From positions 1-64,000 of the forward strand of contig JBFGLM010000004.1 of assembly GCA_041576165.1 (NCBI GenBank): DNA of 64,000 nt. The letters are read 5' to 3'. Source of the DNA: Acidimicrobiia bacterium. Its GTDB lineage: Bacteria > Actinomycetota > Acidimicrobiia > Spongiisociales > Spongiisociaceae. Positions 38,229-49,347 of this stretch are shown here, piece after piece. The notes beneath the pieces are model-generated. The model ran no database searches. It saw nothing but the letters and a program-made list of their open reading frames with translations, and was not told the DNA's origin. The translations under genes and the position numbers were made by a program. The stretch's first letter is position 1. Each line of letters begins with the position of its first letter.

Positions 38229-39962
38229 TCAGCGGCGAGCCCGGACCCAGGTCAAGAACCGCTTGCGCGGCCAGGTATTGACGACCAGTGCCGTGGGCGC
38301 CCAGCCCCGCTGGGACTGCAAAACGCCGTAACCCATCCGTTTGAGCTCGCCGGTGTGGTGGCTGTCCGTGGAGATCGTCATGTGTACGCCCCGAGACGCA
38401 GCTTTGCGGATCACATCAGCCGACGCGTCGAGCCGGTCGAGCGCACCGTTGATTTCCAGGGCCACACCTGTGGTTGCCAGTCCCTCCAGCACGGCGTCGA
38501 CGTCAAGCTCGATGCCGGGCCGGCGCCCGATGTACCGCCCGGTCAGGTGACCCACCGCGTTGACGGACGGATCCGCAATGGCTTTGAGAATCCGGGCCGT
38601 CTGCTGATCGGGACTCAAGTCGAAATGAGAGTGCACCGACGCCACGCAGAAGTCGAACTCCCGCCGAAACTCCTCGTCGTAATCGAGGGAGCCGTCGGGC
38701 CCGATATTGAGCTCACAGCCAAAGAGCAACCTCATTCGCGGGTACTGCGATTGCAACGCGACGATCCGGTCGCGGTGAGCGAGCATCTCCTCGCGGGTCG
38801 ACCCGTTGATAGCGAGATCCTCGCCGTGATCCGTGATCGCCAGGTAGGCATACTTGCGGGCCGCTGCTGCTTCCACCATCTCTTCCAGACTCGATCGTCC
38901 GTCGCCCGAGCGATCGGTGTGATAGTGGAGGTCGCCCTTGATGTCACTCGGCTGGACCAGATGGGGCAACGCCCGCTGGGCGGCAGCTTCGATCTCCCCG
39001 CTTGCCTCGCGCAACGGCGGCGGGATGAACTGCAGACCTAGTTCCGCATAGATCTCGGTCTCTGACGTACGGGCGACCGGCTCGTCGGTCTCGGCGTCAA
39101 ACAGGCCGTATTCGTTGAGTAACCAGCCTCGATCCATCGCCCGCTGACGCAAGGCGATGTTGTGGGCCTTCGACCCGGTGAAGTAGAGGGTGGCAGCGCC
39201 GAACTCTTCGGGCGCTACGACTCGCACGTCGATCTGCAGGCTTTGCCGGGTCAGAATCGACGTCTTGGTGGTTCCGCTGCCGATCACCTCGGTTGCCGCG
39301 CTGTGGTTCGCAACGGCATCCATAACCGGCGCCGGGTCGGTTGATGCGACCGTGATGTCGATGTCGCCGATCGTCTCGGCATGGCGACGCAGACTGCCGC
39401 AAAACGCCGTATTCGTCACCCCTGCCAGCTTTGACAGCTCGGCGACGAGTTGTTCGGCGACGGGCATCGCCTCCGCAATCGGCGTGCGCCGGTCTTTGCC
39501 GTGGAGCCCAAGACGTTCGATCGCACGCCCGATCTTCTCCTCGGTCGTGGCACCCAGGCCCGGGAGTTCCCGCAGCGCCTCGTTCTCGATCGCCTGTTTG
39601 AGATCATCGAGATTCTCCACACGCAGTTCGCGCCGGATCAGCTTCAGAGTCTTGGGACCAAGCCCGGGAACCTTTGTGAGTTCAACGAAAGCCGGCGGGT
39701 AGGAGGCCCGTAGTGTCTCGAGCTTGTCGACCTTGCCGGTATCGACAAACTCACGGATCTTGGCTGCGGTCGACTTGCCCACACCCTTTATCTTGGTCAG
39801 GTCTGCCGCCGACAGTTCGGTGACGTCGCGGGTATCACCCTCCAGACCATGGAGCGCGTTCTCGTAGGCGCGGGCTTTGAACGACTGCGGGTTCTCTTCC
39901 TCCAGCACGGTCAGCTTGGCCAGCTCGGCCAGCATGGCCATGATGTCTCGGTTGGTGACCAT
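38229..39962 (-). CDS. polX: DNA polymerase X with PHP domain
   Basis: [23 protein letters not shown]; PHP HYHT, TDH, TDSH. Confidence 0.96.
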   Translation of the reverse strand: MVTNRDIMAMLAELAKLTVLEEENPQSFKARAYENALHGLEGDTRDVTELSAADLTKIKGVGKSTAAKIREFVDTGKVDKLETLRASYPPAFVELTKVPGLGPKTLKLIRRELRVENLDDLKQAIENEALRELPGLGATTEEKIGRAIERLGLHGKDRRTPIAEAMPVAEQLVAELSKLAGVTNTAFCGSLRRHAETIGDIDITVASTDPAPVMDAVANHSAATEVIGSGTTKTSILTRQSLQIDVRVVAPEEFGAATLYFTGSKAHNIALRQRAMDRGWLLNEYGLFDAETDEPVARTSETEIYAELGLQFIPPPLREASGEIEAAAQRALPHLVQPSDIKGDLHYHTDRSGDGRSSLEEMVEAAAARKYAYLAITDHGEDLAINGSTREEMLAHRDRIVALQSQYPRMRLLFGCELNIGPDGSLDYDEEFRREFDFCVASVHSHFDLSPDQQTARILKAIADPSVNAVGHLTGRYIGRRPGIELDVDAVLEGLATTGVALEINGALDRLDASADVIRKAASRGVHMTISTDSHHTGELKRMGYGVLQSQRGWAPTALVVNTWPRKRFLTWVRARR

Positions 39963-40070
39963 CCCGCCAGGTTACGCCGCACGGCCACCGACTCGGCTCG
40001 CTCTCCCGGATCTCGCCGGAAGCCGGCTCCGGCGGTAGGTTGTTCCCACAAAACCCGACAGGATTGACTC

Positions 40071-41480
40071 ATGAGCATTGCCAGCGCCGGCTATTCGATC
40101 ACCATGCGCCTCTACCACCGCACCGATGACGAGACCGCGGTCGGTCGCATCACCACGACCATCGGCGAAGCCGGCGGCATCGTCAGCGCGTTCGACTTCG
40201 TCGACACCGAAGGAGACCGGACGACTATCGATGTCACCGCCAACGCCCGCGACGTCGATCACGCCGATGAGATCTCGGCTGCCGTGGACCATGTCGACGG
40301 CGTAACCGTTCACCATGTTTCGGACCGGACCTTCCTCATCCACCTTGGCGGCAAGCTCGAAGTCATACCCAAGGTCCAGCTCCGGACACGCGATCAGCTG
40401 TCGATGGCCTACACGCCCGGTGTGGCGCGGGTCAGCCGCGCTATCGCCGATCGGCCCGAAGACGCCCGCAACCTCACGATCAAAGGCAACACCGTGGCAA
40501 TCGTCACCGATGGCAGCGCGGTGCTCGGACTGGGCAACATTGGTCCTGCGGCGGCCATGCCGGTCATGGAGGGAAAGGCGGCGCTCTTCAAACGCTTCGC
40601 GGAAGTCGATGCTTGGCCGATTTGCCTGGCAACCCAGGACACCGACGAAATCGTACGCACCGTGGAACTGATCTCACCCGGCTTCGGCGGTGTCAATCTC
40701 GAGGACATCGCTGCGCCCCGGTGTTTCGACATCGAGGAGCGCCTCCGCGAGACGCTCGACATCCCCGTGTTCCATGACGATCAACACGGCACGGCGATCG
40801 TAGTGCTGGCGGCCCTCACCAATGCGCTGAAGCTGGTCGGGAAGCGCTTCGAGGACGTCACGGTGGCCCTGGCTGGTGCCGGCGCCGCCGGGGTGGCAGT
40901 CTCGAAACTCCTCATGGAAGAGAACATTGGCAACATCATTGCCGCCGATAGCCGCGGCATCATCCACAAAGGCCGTGACCTGGCTGACGCGTCCAAACAA
41001 TGGCTCGCCGAGAACACCAATCGGGATGGAAGATCTGGCGACCTGGTCGAGGCTTTGGACGGCGCGGATGTGTTCATCGGTGTCAGCGCCGCCGATCTTT
41101 TCCGGCCGGAGGAACTGCAGCGAATGGCCAAAAGCCCTGTTGTGTTTGCGCTGGCCAACCCCGATCCCGAAGTCGATCCGCGTGGTGCCCAGGAGTATGC
41201 CGCGGTGGTGGCGACCGGCCGGTCCGATTACCCCAACCAGATCAACAATGTGCTGGCGTTCCCCGGCGTGTTCCGGGGCGCGCTCGACGCCCGGGCGCCG
41301 AAGATCACCCAGGCGATGAACGTGGCGGCCGCTCGCGCCATCGCCGGGGTCGTTGCGGACGATCAAATGAGCCCGTCGTACATGATCCCGAGCATCTTCA
41401 ACCCGGAGGTCACGACGGAGGTTGCCAAGGCGGTGCGGGCCGCGGCTGCAGTCTCCGCCGACAGGACCTCACACCGATAG
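40071..41480 (+). CDS. NAD(P)-dependent malic enzyme with N-terminal ACT domain
   Basis: AYTPGVA, GLGNIG, MEGKA, FHDDQHGTA, GAGAAG, NNVLAFPG. Confidence 0.95.
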   Translation: MSIASAGYSITMRLYHRTDDETAVGRITTTIGEAGGIVSAFDFVDTEGDRTTIDVTANARDVDHADEISAAVDHVDGVTVHHVSDRTFLIHLGGKLEVIPKVQLRTRDQLSMAYTPGVARVSRAIADRPEDARNLTIKGNTVAIVTDGSAVLGLGNIGPAAAMPVMEGKAALFKRFAEVDAWPICLATQDTDEIVRTVELISPGFGGVNLEDIAAPRCFDIEERLRETLDIPVFHDDQHGTAIVVLAALTNALKLVGKRFEDVTVALAGAGAAGVAVSKLLMEENIGNIIAADSRGIIHKGRDLADASKQWLAENTNRDGRSGDLVEALDGADVFIGVSAADLFRPEELQRMAKSPVVFALANPDPEVDPRGAQEYAAVVATGRSDYPNQINNVLAFPGVFRGALDARAPKITQAMNVAAARAIAGVVADDQMSPSYMIPSIFNPEVTTEVAKAVRAAAAVSADRTSHR

Positions 41481-41492
41481 CACATCACCGCC

Positions 41493-42182
41493 TCACGGGG
41501 CCGCGGTCTCGTCCTCCTCGTCGTAGTCACGGGGCTCGTCGTAGTAGTCGAGGTGATCGAGCGGCATGACCAGCGACGTCAGGAAGTTCATGATGTGGGC
41601 CGTGATGCGTTTCATGAAGCGGTAGTAAAGAGCTCGGGCTACCGCGTCGGAGGCCGTGCCTTCTGATCGGTAGGCGGTACGGACGTGATCGTCGTACTCG
41701 TCGAGGAAGTCGTTTGCTTTGTTGATGAGCTTCTGGGCAGTCTCGGTGTCACCATCTTTGAACACGTCGGCGGCATCGGTCATCAGCTGAGCAACCGCGT
41801 CCCGATAGTGAGCCAGTTCGGCCTGATCGGGCGCGGTTTCGAAGTCCACCCCGTATTTGGCCAGGTCGTATATGTTCTTCGAATAGTCGCCGATCCGTTC
41901 CACGTCTTTGATGACGCTCATGAACGACAGCACCTGTGCAGTGTCGGTATGTGGAGCCACCGAGCTGTGGATGAGCAGGGCCTTGCGCACCTCCTGCTGC
42001 GCCGTGTTGATACCAGCGTCGGTGTCTTTCACGACCGCCTTGGTTTGTTTGGATTTGCCGCCCCCGAACACGGCCATCATGGCGGCGTCATAGACGATTC
42101 GGCTGTCGAGCAACATCTGATGGATGCGCTCTTCGACTTCCGACATGGTCGAAGGTGAACTGCGGAACCAACTCAGAACCAT
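41493..42182 (-). CDS. PhoU-domain protein
   Basis: KDVERIGDYSKNI repeat; follows the Na/Pi symporter. Confidence 0.85.
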   Translation of the reverse strand: MVLSWFRSSPSTMSEVEERIHQMLLDSRIVYDAAMMAVFGGGKSKQTKAVVKDTDAGINTAQQEVRKALLIHSSVAPHTDTAQVLSFMSVIKDVERIGDYSKNIYDLAKYGVDFETAPDQAELAHYRDAVAQLMTDAADVFKDGDTETAQKLINKANDFLDEYDDHVRTAYRSEGTASDAVARALYYRFMKRITAHIMNFLTSLVMPLDHLDYYDEPRDYDEEDETAAP

Positions 42183-42195
42183 CTGAACCTCCCTT

Positions 42196-43335
42196 CTACA
42201 GAATCAACACACCCAGCACCGGCACCAGGATGAATGCACATCCAACATACGCGACTGCGACGGTGCGCCGCCGCGTGGCAACGTTCGCCAGGTTTTCTGC
42301 CAGTTGCACCGGCACGTAACGGACCGCCGGGATCGTGAAGATCAGCAGGATCCCGGCGAGGTTGAACAACGTGTGGGTGAACGCGATCGTCAGCCCGTCG
42401 ACGGCCCCGGCACCAAGGGCGGCGAGCAATGCGGTGATCGTGGTACCGACGTTGGCGCCCAGCGTGATCGGATAGGCGTGGCGGACGACCAGAACACCGG
42501 ACGCAACCAGCGGTATGAGAATCGAGGTCGTGATTGACGATGACTGGACCGAGATCGTGACCAGCATTCCGACCACGATTCCCACCAGGCTGCTACGCGC
42601 CAGCGCGGCATTCAGCGACCGCTCGATCCGGGCCGCAACGAGTACTCGCATGTTCTTGGTGATGAGCGTGAGGGTCATCAGTATCAAGCCGATTCCGAGC
42701 GCCAGCAGGGCTACCGCAATTGCGCGCTCGTTGGTGAGAATGGCCTCCACCGGCCGTTCGATGACGCCTGCCAGCCATTTCACGGCCGCCTTGATGGGGC
42801 TGTCGAAGCTTCCGCCCAGCTCGGTCTGACCTGCAACCAGCTGTGAAATCCGGCTCGCCGTTGAGGACAAAAACCCGGTCATCAGTTCCAGCGGAAGCAA
42901 CACCAGAACCGCAATCACATTGAAGAAGTCATGCATGGTGGCGGCCGTGAACGCCCGGCGGAAGCCTTCCGTATCGCGAAGGTTTGCCAGAGAGACGAGA
43001 GTGTTGGTTACCGTCGTCCCGATGTTGGCGCCCATGATCATTGGGACCGCCGCCTCGACCGAGACCACGCCGGCTGCCACGAGCCCGACGATCGTCGATG
43101 TCGTCACCGATGACGACTGCACGAGAACGGTCGCAAGCACGCCCACGAACAACCCCGCTACCGGATTGGCGACATTCTCGAAGAGGGAATCGGTGAAGTC
43201 GCTCCCGAGGCCCTTGATGCCGGTTTCGAGCAGCTTGACGCCACCGAGGAACAGGTAGAGGAGTGCCACTACCACGATGGCCCGCAGCGGGGCCGGCATG
43301 TTGCGAGCGTGAGTTGATGAGGAGGGTTCCTGCAT
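42196..43335 (-). CDS. Na+/phosphate symporter (NptA/NaPi-II family)
   Basis: Two QSSS...GAN(I/V)GTT repeats. Confidence 0.93.
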   Translation of the reverse strand: MQEPSSSTHARNMPAPLRAIVVVALLYLFLGGVKLLETGIKGLGSDFTDSLFENVANPVAGLFVGVLATVLVQSSSVTTSTIVGLVAAGVVSVEAAVPMIMGANIGTTVTNTLVSLANLRDTEGFRRAFTAATMHDFFNVIAVLVLLPLELMTGFLSSTASRISQLVAGQTELGGSFDSPIKAAVKWLAGVIERPVEAILTNERAIAVALLALGIGLILMTLTLITKNMRVLVAARIERSLNAALARSSLVGIVVGMLVTISVQSSSITTSILIPLVASGVLVVRHAYPITLGANVGTTITALLAALGAGAVDGLTIAFTHTLFNLAGILLIFTIPAVRYVPVQLAENLANVATRRRTVAVAYVGCAFILVPVLGVLIL

Positions 43336-43392
43336 GGTCGCCGAGAGTATCAGCGCCTGTGCACTGCACCAACCGAGCCAAGCAACGCCGGG

Positions 43393-44610
43393 TCAGGCGC
43401 CGTTGCCACCCTGCGGCAGGAGGATCCGAAACGTCGATCCCTGGCCCAGCACGCTGTCGGCCTCGACGGCGCCTCCGTGCTGTTCCGCAACGTGCTTGAC
43501 GATTGCCAGGCCCAGTCCGGTGCCTCCGGTGGCTCGCGACCGGGCGGCATCCACCCTGTAGAAACGCTCGAAGATTCGTGGAAGATCCTGGTGGGGTATT
43601 CCGACGCCGTTGTCGGCAACTTCGATTACCGCGAGGTGGTCGCGCAGCTTGACTCGCAGGGTCACCCGGCCGCCGGCATGCGAATAGCGAGCAGCGTTGT
43701 CCAGCAGGTTTCGAATCGCCAGTGCGATGTCGGCCGAACTCCCCCTTACCGCAACGTGCTCGACGTCGATCACTAGCTTCACGTCCTCGGCGCTGAACCG
43801 GGCCGCCTCGTCGCTGGCCACGGCGCCGATATCAAGCAGCTCCATAGGCACCGTTTCCGTCTCGAGGCGCGACAGGTCCAAGAGGTCGGCGACGATCTGC
43901 GCCAACCTGGTCGCGTTGTCGTAGATGCGACGCGAGAAGTTGGCCACAGCCTCAGGATCGTCGTGGAGCGCAGTGAGCACTGTCTCAGCAGCCGCCTGGA
44001 TGGCTGCGACCGGCGTTTTCAGCTCATGGGAAGCGGCGGCTACGAAGTCGCGCCGGACGGAGTCAGCCTGCTGGCGCTGGGAGACGTCGGCAAGCTGAAG
44101 GACCACGGCTCGATCGAACGGCAGCGCGTGAGCAGTAGCCTCGACTGTGCGTGCGGGATAGTCGATGTCAAATTTGGCTGAGTGGCTCCGGCCATTCGCA
44201 GCCGTCTTGTCGACCGCCTCCCGCACAGCCGCCGGCGCCAGGCCATCCACGGATACCAGGCGCTCCCCGATCATCGACCGCGCAGCCGAGTTGGCAACGA
44301 CCAGCTGCCCGTCGCGAAATGCCAGGACACCTATCGACAGCGAAGAGAAGATGGCTGCTTGGAGATGGAGTTGGGCATCCAGCTCCGTCGTCTCGGACCT
44401 CAGCATCCGGGCTGCGCGGCGGCGGGCGCGATCCACAGATCGTACGGTCAGATTGAGACCAACCACGACGAACAAAATCACGACCAAGCCGGCAAGAGTC
44501 ACGGCCGGTGAGATGTCCGAGAAGACAATGCCGACCAACGCCAGCAGCAAACCGGCTGCGCCCAGCGCGGTCAGCGAAAAGCGTCGCTTGTTGCCTAGCT
44601 CACTGTCCAT
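43393..44610 (-). CDS. senX3: Phosphate-regulon sensor kinase (SenX3/PhoR type)
   Basis: RRDFVAAASHELKTP, FERFYRVD..RSR.TGGTGLGL; in pst/pho cluster. Confidence 0.85.
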   Translation of the reverse strand: MDSELGNKRRFSLTALGAAGLLLALVGIVFSDISPAVTLAGLVVILFVVVGLNLTVRSVDRARRRAARMLRSETTELDAQLHLQAAIFSSLSIGVLAFRDGQLVVANSAARSMIGERLVSVDGLAPAAVREAVDKTAANGRSHSAKFDIDYPARTVEATAHALPFDRAVVLQLADVSQRQQADSVRRDFVAAASHELKTPVAAIQAAAETVLTALHDDPEAVANFSRRIYDNATRLAQIVADLLDLSRLETETVPMELLDIGAVASDEAARFSAEDVKLVIDVEHVAVRGSSADIALAIRNLLDNAARYSHAGGRVTLRVKLRDHLAVIEVADNGVGIPHQDLPRIFERFYRVDAARSRATGGTGLGLAIVKHVAEQHGGAVEADSVLGQGSTFRILLPQGGNGA

Positions 44611-45313
44611 CGACGAACTTGTAGCCGAGACCCCGGATCGTGACAATACGTTCGGGGTGTGTCGGGTCGCGCTCAACCTTCATCCGCAAACGCCGGATGT
44701 GGACGTCGAGCGTTTTGGAATCCCCGAAGAAGGGGCTTCCCCAAACCTCATCAAGCAACAGCTCACGGGTTACCAGCCGCCCCCGCCGGCGCATGAGCGA
44801 CTCGAGCAGCTCGAATTCCTTGGGTCGCAGCTCGACGGCGTGGCCGGCGACGCGGACCTCATGCCGGCCTACGTCCATCGCAATCTCACCGCTGACTATG
44901 AGGTCATCTGAATCCGGTTCCTCGACTCCCCAGTCCTGCACCCTCCGCAGATTGGCCCGCACCCGGGACACGAGCTCGCGCATCGAGAAGGGCTTCGTCA
45001 CATAGTCGTCCGCTCCCAGCTCGAGGCCGGCGACCTTGTCCGCCTCGGTGTCCTTGGCGGTGACTATCACGATCGGCACAGAAGATTCGGCTCGAAGGCG
45101 GCGCAGTATGTCCAAACCCCCCACACCCGGCAGCATCAGGTCGAGAATGACCAGCTCCGGCACGTTCTCCCGCGCTCGGGCGAGAGCCTCGTGGCCGTCT
45201 GTGGCCAGGGTGACGGAGTACCCCTCACGCACGAGGTTGTATTTGATGGACTCTGCCAGCGTCTCCTCGTCCTCCACCAGGAGTATCGAGACGCTCGCCT
45301 CAGGTCGGTACAT
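44600..45313 (-). CDS. regX3: OmpR-family response regulator (RegX3/PhoP type)
   Basis: VEDE, LDLMLP, GADDYVTKPFS, KTLDVHIRRLR, TIRGLGY. Confidence 0.85.
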   Translation of the reverse strand: MYRPEASVSILLVEDEETLAESIKYNLVREGYSVTLATDGHEALARARENVPELVILDLMLPGVGGLDILRRLRAESSVPIVIVTAKDTEADKVAGLELGADDYVTKPFSMRELVSRVRANLRRVQDWGVEEPDSDDLIVSGEIAMDVGRHEVRVAGHAVELRPKEFELLESLMRRRGRLVTRELLLDEVWGSPFFGDSKTLDVHIRRLRMKVERDPTHPERIVTIRGLGYKFVDGQ

Positions 45314-45989
45314 CGACGTCGACCCAGCCCTCGGGAAACTCCCGGAACTCGCCGGTGAGCAAGAACGCCACCTGCTCAGCGATGTCGACCGCACGGTCGC
45401 CGACCCGCTCGAGAGCCCGACTGACCAGCATCATGCGCACCGCCCACTCGAGCAGCTCGGGATCAGGGCCGCAGCCGGCAACTTCCTTGTACATATTGCG
45501 ATTCAGCGCATCCACTGGTTCGTCCATCTCCGGCAACCGCAGCGCCAACGACAAATCGCGTTTGGTGAGCGATTCCATCGCGACCCGCAACATCGGCCCG
45601 ACCACACTCGCCATTTCGCGGATGTGCAAGAGGATCGTTTCGTGTGTCGGTAAACCGTTGGTCACCTCGACCAGGCGGGCGATGTTCGCCGCCTGATCAC
45701 CGATCCGTTCAATGGAGTGATTACAGCTGAGAATGAGCGACATGAGCCGCAGATCGCTGGCTACGGGTGTGTGCTGTGCCATCACCTCGTGCCAGCGGTT
45801 TTCGACCTCCAGGTACACCTCATCGATCTCCTGATCGCGCGCCCGGACCTCAGCAGCCCGATTGGCATCGCCGGCGGCAAGTGCGTCCACGGCATCTACT
45901 ATCTGGTGCTCGGCCTTCTCTGCCATATCGAGCAGGAGCACCTCGAGGTCGTTCATGGCCGCATGGAAGTTCGAGCGAACCTCTGTCAT
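45300..45989 (-). CDS. phoU: Phosphate signalling protein PhoU
   Basis: PVASDLR, ERIGD, ERVGD; follows pstB. Confidence 0.95.
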   Translation of the reverse strand: MTEVRSNFHAAMNDLEVLLLDMAEKAEHQIVDAVDALAAGDANRAAEVRARDQEIDEVYLEVENRWHEVMAQHTPVASDLRLMSLILSCNHSIERIGDQAANIARLVEVTNGLPTHETILLHIREMASVVGPMLRVAMESLTKRDLSLALRLPEMDEPVDALNRNMYKEVAGCGPDPELLEWAVRMMLVSRALERVGDRAVDIAEQVAFLLTGEFREFPEGWVDVDVPT

Positions 45990-46843
45990 CCGAACCGCCC
46001 CGTGATGTAATCCTCCGTGTCCTGTTCTTTGGGATTGGTGAACAGGTCTGGAGTGCGCCCAACCTCAACGATGTAGCCCGCCCGGTCTGCGTCCATGTTG
46101 AAGAACACCGTATAGTCGCTCGCTCGGGCCGCTTGCTGCATGTTGTGCGTGACGATGATGATGGTGTATCTGACCTTCAACTCCTGTATGAGTTCCTCGA
46201 TCCGAAGCGTCGCCACAGGATCGAGCGCGGAAGTGGGCTCGTCCATCAAGATGACGTCCGGCTTCACCGCGATCGTCCGGGCAATGCACAACCGCTGCTG
46301 CTGACCGCCCGACAACGAATATCCACTCTGGTCGAGCTTGTCCTTGACATCATCCCAGAGTGCTGCCTGGCGCAAAGACTGTTCTACCAACTCGTCCATG
46401 TCGCCCTTGTAGCCGTTGATCTTGGCACCCCAGGCCACGTTGTCGTAGATGCTCTTCGGGAACGGATTTGGCTTTTGGAAGACCATCCCGATTCGCCTTC
46501 GCACCTCAACCGGATCGACATTCTCCCGATAGATGTTCTGGCCGTGGTACAGCACCTGACCGTCCACCCGGGCTGACGGTATCAGATCGTTCATCCGGTT
46601 CAGCGCCCGCAGCACCGTGCTCTTGCCGCACCCGGACGGGCCGATCAAGGCGGTGATGTGTTGGTCATAGAAAGTGAGTGACACGTCTTTCACAGCCCGA
46701 AAGTCGCCGTAATAGACGCTCATGTCGTGCGCTTCGATAGCAGAAGTGACACTGGTGTCAGTCATTGGTCGTGTTGGTTGTCGTGTATCCATCTGTCCTG
46801 GCTCGTTCGAGATTTCGAGCTCCATGCCCTCGGTCATGATCAC
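45986..46843 (-). CDS. pstB: Phosphate ABC transporter ATPase
   Basis: [37 protein letters not shown]. Confidence 0.98.
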   Translation of the reverse strand: MIMTEGMELEISNEPGQMDTRQPTRPMTDTSVTSAIEAHDMSVYYGDFRAVKDVSLTFYDQHITALIGPSGCGKSTVLRALNRMNDLIPSARVDGQVLYHGQNIYRENVDPVEVRRRIGMVFQKPNPFPKSIYDNVAWGAKINGYKGDMDELVEQSLRQAALWDDVKDKLDQSGYSLSGGQQQRLCIARTIAVKPDVILMDEPTSALDPVATLRIEELIQELKVRYTIIIVTHNMQQAARASDYTVFFNMDADRAGYIVEVGRTPDLFTNPKEQDTEDYITGRFG

Positions 46844-48207
46844 ATTCTCCGTGCAAACCGATTGCGGAGGATCACGGCCGCTGCATTCAGAGTAAGCAGG
46901 AGCACGAGCAATACGATGATGGCAGCCGCGGCGATGTTCCTGAACTCATCCTGGGGCCGGCTCGTCCACTGAAAGATCTGGATGGGCAAAACAGTGAACT
47001 TGGAGAATGGCCCGGACGGATCTGCGGTGATAAACGTTGAAGCACCCACGACGACCAACGGGGCAGTCTCGCCCAAGGCCCGTGCCATGGCGAGAATGGT
47101 GCCGGTCAGAATCCCCGGCATGGCGTTCGGGAGAACGTGGCTCTTGGTGGTTTGCCACTTGGTGGCCCCGAGGGCCAGGCTCGCCTGACGGAGGGAACGG
47201 GGTACAGCCCTGATCGCCTCCTGCGCATTGATGATGATGATCGGCAGTATCAGTAGGCCGAGCGTCAACCCCGCTGACACGACCGTGCGGCCGTTGGCGG
47301 TGGAGTCGGCGCCTCCCGACAGGAAGGCCCCGCTCGTTAGAAACTGCAGGGTCCGGACGAAGATGGCGAGGCCCAGCATGCCGTAGATGATCGAAGGCAC
47401 CCCGGCGAGGTTGTTGATGTTGGTCTGGATCAAGCGGTTGAGCCGGTTGTCAGCGGCGTACTCCTCGAGATAGATCGCAGCGCCCACACCTACGGGAAAA
47501 GAGAAGAGCAAGGTGATCGCGACCACCCACATCGATCCGAACAGCGCCGTCCGCACGCCGGCGAGGGTCGGATCCGGCGATTGCGGATTGGTGACGAAAT
47601 CCCACGAGAGCCACGACCGGAATTCGAGAGTGGCGCCCGGAAACTGCTCCCCCGCTTGCCGCTCGACGTCGATCCGGTCGAACCAAGAGTCGAACAACGA
47701 CCAGGTCCCGAGGACGGTGGGCTGTATCACGCGGTCCACGACAATCCCCTGCACATCGTCCCTTCTGCGCGCGGGCAGGTCGCATCCGGGTGCCGGATCA
47801 GCAGATGCACACAACTCGGCATAGACCGCTGCATCCTCATAGACGAGGCCGTCCTCAAAGAAACGCTGCTCCCGTTCGAGGCGCCGGCCAACGTTCTGCG
47901 AAATCTCCGTGTTCAAGATCTGAATCAGCTGGCCCTTGTTGAGTGACGCCAGATCGGTATCGGGCGGCAGGCCAATCCGCTCGACGGCCTCAGCTGGGCT
48001 GACCACGTTCTCGACGGCCGTCAGACCGAAAGCGCTGTTGATGATGGTGATGAGCAGCGTCAGCAAGGCCAGCACCGCGACCATCAGGGCAGAGACGAAT
48101 CCCAGCTTCCACAACGCCGCACGCCGGTTGCGCCACCCCACATGGCGCTCGGCTTCGGGTCCCTTGGGGTAGGCCGCTTGCGGCAATGTCCGCATCGTGT
48201 CGCTCAC
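46840..48207 (-). CDS. pstA: Phosphate ABC transporter permease
   Basis: [25 protein letters not shown]. Confidence 0.96.
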   Translation of the reverse strand: MSDTMRTLPQAAYPKGPEAERHVGWRNRRAALWKLGFVSALMVAVLALLTLLITIINSAFGLTAVENVVSPAEAVERIGLPPDTDLASLNKGQLIQILNTEISQNVGRRLEREQRFFEDGLVYEDAAVYAELCASADPAPGCDLPARRRDDVQGIVVDRVIQPTVLGTWSLFDSWFDRIDVERQAGEQFPGATLEFRSWLSWDFVTNPQSPDPTLAGVRTALFGSMWVVAITLLFSFPVGVGAAIYLEEYAADNRLNRLIQTNINNLAGVPSIIYGMLGLAIFVRTLQFLTSGAFLSGGADSTANGRTVVSAGLTLGLLILPIIIINAQEAIRAVPRSLRQASLALGATKWQTTKSHVLPNAMPGILTGTILAMARALGETAPLVVVGASTFITADPSGPFSKFTVLPIQIFQWTSRPQDEFRNIAAAAIIVLLVLLLTLNAAAVILRNRFARRM

Positions 48208-49169
48208 TCGTACACCTCACGGAATCGAGCGACGAACCGCCGGCTCAGCACATTGAGACCCAGCGTGAGAACAAACAGCGTGAGTCCGATGGCGAAGATG
48301 CTGTTGTAGTCGATGGAGTTGTAGCTGAGATCTCCTCCGCTGATTCGCACTATGTGTCCAGTCATCGTCTCGGCCGACTCGAACGGGTTCAGGATGTAGC
48401 CAAAGATCGAGTCCTCGCCGAACCTGAAGTTCTTCGGACCGGCCCCGGCCGCGATTGCGACCACCATGGTCTCGCCGACCGCGCGCGAGATCGCAACGAC
48501 GAATGCGGCTGTGATGCCCGACAGAGCAGCGGGAAGCACGATACGCAACGACGTCTCGAGCTTGGTCGCCCCGAGCCCGTATGCGGCTTCGCGTAGTGAA
48601 ACCGGCACCGCATGCAGCGCGTCTTCCGACATGGAGCTGACGAGCGGAATGATGAGGATGCCCACGACAATTCCGGCAGATGCCGTGTTGAAGATCTTCA
48701 CCACGCCGTCACCGAGCAACACCCGGAGTAGTGGCGTCATGAACGTGAGGGCGAAATATCCGTACACGACGGTCGGGATGCCGGCCAGAACCTCGAGCAC
48801 CGGCTTGACCGAGGCGCGTACTCGCGGGGACGCGTACTCGCTCAGGTAGATGGCGGAAGCCAATCCCACCGGTAGTGCGACCACCATGGCGATGGCGGAG
48901 GTCATGAGCGTCGCCAGGATCAGCGGCCAGATCCCGAACTCGAGGATGGCCGGCTGCCAAACCGTTCCGGTGAGAAAGTCACCAAGTGCCGCTTCCTCCG
49001 ATTGGAAGAAGAGCAACGCCTCCTTTCCGAGCTCGAACACAATCCCGATTGTCGTGAGTATCGAGATCAGCGCCGCGCCGAGAAGGGCGACGCGAACCAG
49101 GACCTCCCACGGCCGGCGACGCCGGGCAAGCTGTGGAGCCGCCGCGACAGTATCTATCTGGCTGGTGAT
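48204..49169 (-). CDS. pstC: Phosphate ABC transporter permease (probable ATC start)
   Basis: LAGIPTVVYG, RAVGETM; first TM helix lies upstream of GTG 49040; AGGAGG SD 5 nt before ATC 49169. Confidence 0.93.
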   Translation of the reverse strand: MTSQIDTVAAAPQLARRRRPWEVLVRVALLGAALISILTTIGIVFELGKEALLFFQSEEAALGDFLTGTVWQPAILEFGIWPLILATLMTSAIAMVVALPVGLASAIYLSEYASPRVRASVKPVLEVLAGIPTVVYGYFALTFMTPLLRVLLGDGVVKIFNTASAGIVVGILIIPLVSSMSEDALHAVPVSLREAAYGLGATKLETSLRIVLPAALSGITAAFVVAISRAVGETMVVAIAAGAGPKNFRFGEDSIFGYILNPFESAETMTGHIVRISGGDLSYNSIDYNSIFAIGLTLFVLTLGLNVLSRRFVARFREVYE

Positions 49170-49230
49170 GAATGCCTCCTAGCCACTCGTTGAAATCCGC
49201 GGTAGATGCAAGGATCGACCGACGGCGGGA

Positions 49231-49300
49231 ACCGGCACGCTCCGCCCCCGGGAGGAGCGTGCCGGCTTTGCTCGGGCCGCGAGGCGCGGACTCCGAGCAA
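49231..49300 (-). terminator. Intercistronic hairpins between pstS and pstC (stabiliser/attenuator)
   Basis: CCGGCACGCTCC/GGAGCGTGCCGG stem 49231-49266 and TTGCTCGG/CCGAGCAA stem 49268-49300. Confidence 0.55.
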
Positions 49301-49347
49301 CTCGGATGGGGCGGTCGACCACAACGTGCCCTAACCCGAGCCTGTCC

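Noticed and set aside
38229-39962. Catalytically altered PolX
   Set aside because: The GDIDI and IDVR aspartates and PHP metal ligands appear intact
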